Below, piece after piece: positions 32,441 through 40,056 of a DNA stretch of 40,056 nucleotides. A model generated the notes under the pieces. That model was not told the DNA's origin and did not search any database. It saw only the letters and a program-made list of their open reading frames with translations. Position numbers and translations under genes: made by a program. Each line of letters opens with the position of its first letter. The first letter of the stretch is position 1. Source of the DNA: Octopus bimaculoides (lineage: Eukaryota); contig NC_068981.1 of the NCBI RefSeq assembly GCF_001194135.2, positions 25,331,369-25,371,424 on the forward strand, written 5' to 3'.

Positions 32441-33927
32441 ACGATGGACGAGCTAATACTAGTAACATCAATGTTGCTATGGTGTAGGAGAATATTATGG
32501 TAATAGATAGATTATGAATTTGATTTATACAACGCAATTACTAAGTATACCTTCCGTATAGAAATTGGCTGACGAAGCATTTGCTTAATTTGTTTGTAGA
32601 AAGAAGTTGAGTCCTAGAGCTGAACATTTATTATGTTCTAGATGTGTTTCATAAGATTCTTTGGTGCTTATTTATGTTCCCAATTTTGCATGTTGTCAAA
32701 TAACATCTGAAATTCTGAATTCATTACTTCGTAGTTAGCATGTAAGTTATGGCGTTATACCTTAAGATACTTAGAGAAAATAATCTGTAAAATGTGGATT
32801 TTGTGATTTTTTTCATTGGTTTTTAGCCCTCTTGAAGTATTGTTAAAAGATTTTCCGTTCATTTTATCGATTCTTGTCTCAGTTCGTTCGTATCAGAGGT
32901 GAATATATACTGTGTGGTTCTAGCGAGGTAATACCGTGAAATCTATACCTGGATTAAATGAGACGCTCTTCGTAATGCCTGATTCATAGGTATAGATACA
33001 AGGTCAGACAGTACAAGCAGGTTGTAGAACAGGAAAACTTCTTCACTAAATTTAATTGCATATCTTTAGGCTTTAGTACATTTACTTGAGTTCAGCTGGG
33101 CATGTAGTCAGTGAGTGAAAGTTTACAGGCTTTATTCAGGCCAGAGAAAGAAAATATGAACATAACACAGTACACGTTATGTATTGATAATACATTTTTT
33201 ATTGATATTAGAATCCAATTCTTTACAATACAATAAATATGTAATACAAATTAACATATATGTCTAATGTTCTGCATTATGGAAAAGCAACGGTAAAATA
33301 TATTCGAACACTTTTATAATTATTCTATGGATGATAGATATAATTCTAAATATATACATAGTAAAAATCAAATAATATATTAAAAAAAATATTATTTATA
33401 CACTTATAGCGACACACACACACACACATATATATATATATGAGCATCTGTGCCCAAGCAAATACATATACAAACAGATACTCACGCCTACATCCGCTCA
33501 CACGTACATAATGAATAATGTTAAAGTATATAAAAAAATGCGCACATATAAAAATCAAATATTTATGTAAATATTACATAAATGTAAATATTAGTGAACT
33601 CAGTACTAGTGTTTAAGTAACTATATGATATGGATATGGATTCAGAGAATCTTACAGCTATCACAGTAAGCTCCTCTTACGGACTCGCCTATCAGTTCAC
33701 GTAATAGTTAGTTACAATGTCAAATATCTGTGGAAGCTAGCTTTCTTTATTTGCATCAATTTTGGAATATAGAATTGTACTCTACAATGATGAACAATGG
33801 TATATAAGAATACATTCCTAGTATAGAGAAAGTAAGACATGTAGAAAGTTGCGAAACGGCTGTAATCCTACGAAAGCCAGGAATTAAATATTATATACAT
33901 TCATCTGACAAATCGCTCAACTTTATA

Positions 33928-33981
<54 letters not shown>

Positions 33982-34494
33982 ATTCATTTTGCTTATTACT
34001 ACAGTTATGTTCCGTAGTTAAATTTTTTTATATGTACGACAGAGTGTCAGCGAAGAAGGATAATATGTGCACTGGAATGTGTGTGCAGGTGTCTGTATTT
34101 CTATTCTTGGTTGGTTCATGTAATGAGGATTAAACCATAATGATCGGAGTATGTAATTTTAAGAAAGGGTCATGTATATGGAAATATACTCCAATACCAT
34201 TTATTGGTTTGAAATATTTATATAAAATAAAGCCTAATATAGGTTGAGGTAGAAAAAAAAAAGAAAAGGAAAAAAAGGAAATGTTAATGTTGTATTAAAT
34301 ATGATAGTAAGTAAGATAAGAGTTCCCTTCAGTGTTTACAAAATAGAAAACAAACTTATTTGGAAGAAATACGTTTCAGCAGCATTTAGGAAAGTTTTTG
34401 CCTATGTATGTATGTATGTATGTATGTATGTATGTATTTATTTATGTATGTATGTATGTATGTATGTATGTATGCGTGTGTGCATTTTCAAATA

Positions 34495-35197
34495 CAGAAC
34501 GGGGCAGAGAGGACGGACGTTTTTGAAATAGCCATTACTCAGACCCAGCAGGAGGTATATATGTCCGACAGTTACTATTCAGTACGTGGTGTATTGCACA
34601 GGCCAAAACTGACGGTCTGGTGTGCTGTTGGAAAAGCTACAGTCACTGCTCCTTACTTTGTTGAAGACAATAATGAAAATGCTTTTACTGTGAACTCCAA
34701 GCGTTACATCGAGATGACAAACAATTTTTTTGTGCCTGAATTACAACGAAACTTTATGCCTACTCGACGTGTGAGGGATGGGGCGACGGCCCATACAGTC
34801 AGAGCATCAATGGATGTTCTTCGCCCTCTCTTCAGTGACTACTTCATTTCCAGGTTTGCTGATTTGTCCATGTGTGATTATTTCTTGTGAGGAAACCTCA
34901 GGGTACATCTATATGCACATAAGCTCTGTACATTGGACGATTTGAAGGAAGCTGTTCGTATGGAAGTCGCCCAAATCGACAAAGCAATGCTGGAGAGAAT
35001 GGAGGCCAACTTACAAGAACGCCTTCAGAAATGCATCAATGAAAACAAGCACCACATGATGGCTGTTGTTTTGCACACTCACATTTGACAAATGCTAATT
35101 CAAAACGAACACATTGATGTCAAAGAAATTTGTTTGCATCTAAAATGAATGATTTTGTGAAGTTTTCAAAAACGTCCGTCCTCTCTGTCCCATATTA
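34495..35197 (+). mobile_element. Internally deleted Tc1/mariner element (DD41D/Visitor-like) with TIRs and a TA TSD
   Basis: 34-bp TIRs containing cagagaggacggacgtttttgaaa (34495-34528 and 35164-35197), TA on both sides. The ORF reads LHRPKLTVWCA..PYFVEDN..TVNSKRY..DGATAHT..LSMCDYFL*G; the WPPRSPD motif is deleted. Confidence 0.88.
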
Positions 35198-35393
35198 TAG
35201 ATATATGCATATTTATATGCACATATATATATATTTATATTTGCCTGTGTATATGTATGTTGGATGGATGGGAGTGTGTTTGTGTGTTTGAGTGTATGTA
35301 TATTTGTATATGTATATATATACAAGCAAAACGCATATATATGTGAGTGTGTGTGAAAAAAGGAGAGAGAAAGAGATAAATAATGAGCGAGCG

Positions 35394-35399
35394 TTTATT
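35394..35399 (-). promoter_or_regulatory. Candidate polyadenylation signal of IL-17-like gene 3
   Basis: First AATAAA on the minus strand, about 140 nt after the stop codon. Confidence 0.4.
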
Positions 35400-35538
35400 T
35401 GCATATACACGCTTGTATGATTTTTTTTTCTGTACATGTTTCGTATAACAACCACACAGTGGTTTACTTAAACTTCCATAACATTATGAAAAACTTTTGT
35501 GTTACACACAATTGAATGTTTGATGATTTTGGCCGATA

Positions 35539-36069
35539 TTACGACTCATATTCGTCACCATTTCCTCCGGATATTATATCGATTTTCCGTGCACACACAC
35601 AGGCTGTGGCTACATGGATGACACTTGGTTGATAAACGTACAGTCCATCAATACATTCGACTGTACGTTTCAGGACAGTCGTTGGAGTATATACCATCAC
35701 ACATTGATGATTACTGTCAGAGTCCAGACAGTCTGTACAGCGACAAACGACTTCAGTGCGTGATGGAGGAAAATATGTCGAATTGTGGGTAATTTTCAGG
35801 TACCATGGGCAGGTTGAACGTTCGCGGATGATATCAGTAGATACAGGAGATGTTGGGCACGTTTTATCCCCTTCGGTCAGTTCTTGTTGGTCACTTCCCG
35901 CTGGAGCTATTTCAGCTGGTAGAAAAAAGTTATTGCCGATCGCTGCGCTGGATAGTTTCTCGTATTGGACTTTCAAGTCTTTTGGTATTTTACATTGAGT
36001 CGGAATTGACGCCGAAGATATGAACAATACGACGTTGGTGAGGAGGAAGATTACAGCCTGGAGGAGAAC
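35539..36069 (-). CDS. IL17-like: IL-17-like cytokine gene 3, exon 2 (176 aa plus stop)
   Basis: Acceptor atatcacgcAG at 36071-36070. VLLQAVIFLLTNVVLFISSA signal core; ERSTCPWY, EVVCRCTDC (CxCxxC), HQC, VLKRTVEC, VATACVC; 10 Cys; N-glycosylation sequon NST. Confidence 0.93.
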   Translation of the reverse strand, partial: VLLQAVIFLLTNVVLFISSASIPTQCKIPKDLKVQYEKLSSAAIGNNFFLPAEIAPAGSDQQELTEGDKTCPTSPVSTDIIRERSTCPWYLKITHNSTYFPPSRTEVVCRCTDCLDSDSNHQCVMVYTPTTVLKRTVECIDGLYVYQPSVIHVATACVCARKIDIISGGNGDEYES

Positions 36070-36190
36070 CTGCGTGATATAAAATGTTTATGTCAAGTTC
36101 AGTAATTATATTTCAATATGACACACAGTTAAATGAATGAACGAATTGAAGAATAGTACACTACATTTGTAGCACACATACACTCACTCA

Positions 36191-36281
<91 letters not shown>

Positions 36282-36406
36282 ACTCACTCGCATATACGCA
36301 CACACAAATCTTTATATCAAAACCAGTTTATGAAAGACTAGAGGGCATTCATTGTAATGTATGCAGGTTTATTTTGTGAAAGAAATCTAATGAATGAAAT
36401 ACTTAC

Positions 36407-36433
36407 GACAAGACTTGAATAAACTGTTGACAT
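36407..36433 (-). CDS. IL17-like: IL-17-like cytokine gene 3, exon 1 (MSTVYSSLV)
   Basis: ATG TCA ACA GTT TAT TCA AGT CTT GTC|GTAAGT: canonical donor, phase 0, 337-bp intron to the exon 2 acceptor, completing a 185-aa secreted protein. Confidence 0.8.
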
Positions 36434-37155
36434 CCGTATTCAAAGCCGAAAATTAACAAATGTGAAGTATAAGAAGAACAGTAGGAATGGGCTAACCTGA
36501 TACATACACGGACTCCTAAGTAAACAACGAAATTTAACAACCTCTAAGTGTGTCTAAGTGCAAGAGTTGTATTTAGTTTGAAATACAGTAAATTGCAGAT
36601 TGAAAAATTGTAGAGAATATTTTCAACAAACTATTATGACAATGTGATATTTTCTGAATTTAGATCTCTATGTATAGGAGTAGGATATCAACCACGGTGA
36701 CATTTGAATTTGTGAGATATCTGATGTTTAGAGGAACAGCACGCATGACGAAACATTCTCAAGAAATTTATCGTTGTTAATCGAGTAATTAGGTGTCAAC
36801 GTCAATCTAGCGAACATTCGCAATAATGCCTCCAGTGTCTTTGACTGTTTCGTTGACAATATGAAAAGAAATGTTTGTAATTTTATAATCACTGCGTTTT
36901 TTAATGAAGTTGTTGCTGCTTCGAAATTATATTTTGCAGTCAATAAATAAATCAAGCAATGCACGAATGTCACATTATATTTATCATTCAGCTTTGTGAA
37001 ACTAAATCATAGCGTTTGGAATACATACTTAGAGTTTTAAACAGAAGGGAGAGTAATTATCGGTTAAGATTTAGCCACTTGTGAAATTTGTGAATTTAAG
37101 AAAAAATAATTTTTATTTTGGATAACTGTTTCAATGAATTATAATTCCTTAAATT

Positions 37156-37360
37156 CGGTGAGCTGGCAGAATCACTTGCACGCCCCGGCAAAATGCTTGG
37201 CGCCATTTCGTCTGTCTTCAGTTTCTGAGTTCAAATTCAGCCGAGGCCGACTTTGTCTTTCATTCTTTCGAGGTCGATAAATTAAGTACCATTTGAGTAC
37301 TCAAGTTAATCGACAAACCCCCACCCGGAAATTGCTAGCCTTGTGCCAAAATCTGAAACC
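37156..37360 (+). mobile_element. SINE family B, degenerate
   Basis: cggtgagctggcagaatc..ctgagttcaaattcagccgagg..ggtcgataaattaagtacc..gccttgtgccaaaatctgaaacc. Confidence 0.8.
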
Positions 37361-38352
37361 GATAGATTATAATTTTTCAGCATAATATGAAAATATATGA
37401 ACATTGCGAATAGCAATACGCCGGGAGCATTGCTCATTCTGTAAATAATAAAAGATAACAGAACAAAAACGTATGAATGGCACCTCATATCTTGCTCCAT
37501 TCTTCGTTCGTAAATTTAAATATACAGGTGAGGATTAGTTTTAATATTATATAAGAAAGGGTCGCTGATTAATATTTATTACAAGTGAGATCAAAGAATT
37601 ACATGTGTATAATAAATGTATAAAAATATACGAGTCTACATATATGTGTGTATGAAAGCAAAGACTTACGTCAATATATCAAATCCATAAAAATACGTTT
37701 CAAATGTATAATATCTATCTGGGTAAGGTACATAAGGAAAATGATTCACATGTTTGAAGAAAGGTAGATCTTTCCATGAATGATACGAGAGTAAGCATAG
37801 AAATAAGACTGAAGGTATAAATATAATAGTTGATATTAACGATGTATGTTTACTTACGTTGGTCGTATTCATTATAATGGTTGGTCACTTGGAAAGGAAA
37901 GGATGACAATAGTATTATATACGTATATATATTATCAAGCAAATCTTGAGGGTGTTAGCTCTTTAAAATAATATTAGCTTGTGATGATATCAGCTACTCT
38001 GAGATTACTTATATATAATATTTGAGGCAGTGGAATTACCATATGTCATAAAGCTTCCAAAACTAAAGAAATTATAAATATAAACAGGAGGAACTAACTA
38101 AAATTACAGAAACATTTTCTTCCGGTAAAGTGAAGGATCTGATATTAAGTGAAATAAATTGTGATCTATATAAATTGCTGAACGTCTGAAGTCAACAGGA
38201 CATAGCTTATTTACTTGTTTCCTCTTTTACCTGCTAATCGGATGTCGTACGGTGTGTGTTGTCTTAATACACAGGAACTAAGTAAAATATTGTGTGTGTT
38301 GTGTAGTTTTCCGTTCTATTTTTAATATACTTTATTATTTCACTTGCCTATT

Positions 38353-38354
<2 letters not shown>

Positions 38355-38430
<76 letters not shown>

Positions 38431-38460
38431 CTCTATCTCTCTATCTATCTTCTCTCTCTC
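38355..38460. repeat. (TCTA)n/(TC)n microsatellite
   Basis: Direct reading. Other arrays: (CA)n at 19508-19608 and 20708-20756, (CT)n at 33930-33979 and 36193-36285, (TATG)n at 34404-34474. Confidence 0.95.
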
Positions 38461-38499
38461 TCTGTATATATATATATATATATAATTTAGAGAAAAAGC

Positions 38500-39529
38500 T
38501 CTATCAACAAATTCAACAATTAAGAATGTCATTCAAAACATCTAGAAAACAAATATGCCACAAAAACCCTATTCCCAAAATCAATAAATTACACAATCAA
38601 TAAATAGCAAATAGCAGAATTTAAGGAGATATTATTAAGTAATAATAAAAAATTGAATTATTCCCTATATGAAAGTAAAATAAATGTAGACAAAAGTTAA
38701 ATTACTTATATAATAAGTTTAGCTAATTTGTGTGTATATATAAACCCTATTTTATGTTACTAATTGTTGTTGATATAATTTGTAGTAGTTAAATGTGTAT
38801 ATTAGCACGACATATATTGGGTATATTACATATTCAGAATAAGATTAAACTAAGACGTTTTTTTAGAATAAATTAATTAATTAATGAAAATAGATTAAGT
38901 TATAGAAATTTAGCTTAACTTATGTATATTACGTATTTTAGTTTTAAATTATTTAGACTTAATAATTTTCCAGTAAATGATATACTACAGTTAATGTTTC
39001 TTTATTTTCACAGCTAAAATTTATTTTGTCATATTAACAGTTTAAATACATATTCTATCTATTTATTCTATAATTTTTATATTCACGCCTTATATTCACG
39101 TGATATATTTCTTATAAATGTTAAGTTCTTTGTATTACGTTTGAAATTTTAGGTTAACAGAAATTCTTCGATAAGATAAGTTATGTTTATAGTTTAAGTA
39201 ATGTTGTTGAATAATTTTCGATTATTTATTGTTAATACGTATTATTCTATATTTATTTGATATTTATTATACGTTCAGATACGTACATTAATTTTATTAT
39301 TATTATTTTTATCATTCTTATGATTATTTTAGACCTGAAGCGTCACTATATTCTAAGATCGTATCGAATTTATTTAAAAATATAGCCACGAAACGTGCGT
39401 AGTCTGTTTAGTACTATTTCCTATTTATTGATTGTGTATTTTATTGATTTTTGGAATAGGGTTTTTGTGGTATATTTGTTTTTCTAGATGTTGTGAATAA
39501 CAATTTTCATTGTCGAATTTGCTGATAGA
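38500..39529. mobile_element. Penelope-like element remnant with inverted terminal arms
   Basis: About 115-bp arms at 38500-38614 and 39414-39529 are reverse complements (catctagaaaacaaatatgccacaaaaaccctattcc..); a hammerhead motif abuts the right arm. Confidence 0.6.
39331..39405 (+). ncRNA. Type I hammerhead ribozyme-like motif, degenerate
   Basis: Stem I agac / core CTGAAGC / stem II gtcactata..30-nt loop..tatagccac / GAAA / stem III cg-tg-cg / TA / stem I gtct. Confidence 0.55.
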
Positions 39530-40056
39530 TAAATTATGTATATGTATCATATATTGGGAAATTTGATTTAGCATTGCTAAATTGAATTTTCCCTGTGAGT
39601 TTTGGAATTTTATTCCTTAATATAATATATATATGTATGTATATATATATACATATATAGGTAGTCACGAAAGTGACAAAGGGCAGTAATCAGCACCAGT
39701 ATTGCTAGAAATTACTGCCAAACAACTAAATAGTCACGGAAAGAACTATCTTAAAGACAGACAGGGGAGGTAAGATCTCTAGAGCAGCGGATATAACCAG
39801 ATCATTAATGATTCCGTATTTTAATGTTTAGGTAATCGAGGCTCTCGTCACACCTAGGGTTAAACTCAGCTCGTCCTGTCAGATTATAAAGTTGCCTAGC
39901 CCTTGTTGTGAGCATTACAGCATATATCTGCTGCAAGATGTAACACCATTATCTATCTATCTATCTATTTATCTATCTATATATCTTATATAAATAAATA
40001 TATATATATGTTAGATGAAATGAGATAACAAACATGCATATATATATATATATATA

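Noticed and set aside
32215-32487. ORFs 32215-32487, 32265-32456 and 32086-32298 as host genes, or NHQC as a fourth IL-17 remnant
   Set aside because: NHQC continues as CPTCGRTF, a LINE-type zinc-finger-like end, and none of the other IL-17 motifs are nearby.
14885-35998. Antisense ORFs 14885-15208, 16322-16594, 27909-28133 and 35756-35998
   Set aside because: Shadow frames opposite the IL-17-like exons with no independent features.
14200-36700. NF-kB sites upstream of the IL-17-like genes
   Set aside because: Only partial matches (for example cggaaagcca, gggaaattaa, cgggaattca) were found; none fits GGGRNWYYCC or is conserved between paralogues.

Overview
AT-rich, repeat-dense eukaryotic genomic DNA with four N gaps. 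The SINE families, microsatellite load and gene content point to a coleoid cephalopod, most likely Octopus (inference from sequence recognition, not a database search). The only host genes I can support are three paralogous two-exon IL-17-like cytokine genes in three different states. Gene 3 (minus, 36433-35539) is intact: a 9-codon first exon, a phase-0 intron and 185 aa. Gene 2 (plus, exon 2 at 27940-28482) has an intact exon 2 but no in-frame ATG in its homologous first exon. Gene 1 (plus, 15072-16583) is a pseudogene split by a 1007-bp solo-LTR-like insertion with a target-site duplication. The rest is transposon debris: three RLE-type (R4/Dong-like) LINE fragments, RTE fragments, Tc1/mariner (DD34D-, DD37D- and DD41D-like) and hAT remnants, a foldback-type MITE, Helitron termini including an STPR-repeat fragment, and at least four tRNA-derived SINE families. 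Unannotated structure includes three Penelope-type hammerhead ribozyme motifs, one inside a tRNA-headed SINE-like element, and a TSD-flanked inverted SINE composite. No CRISPR array, rRNA gene or bona fide tRNA gene was seen.
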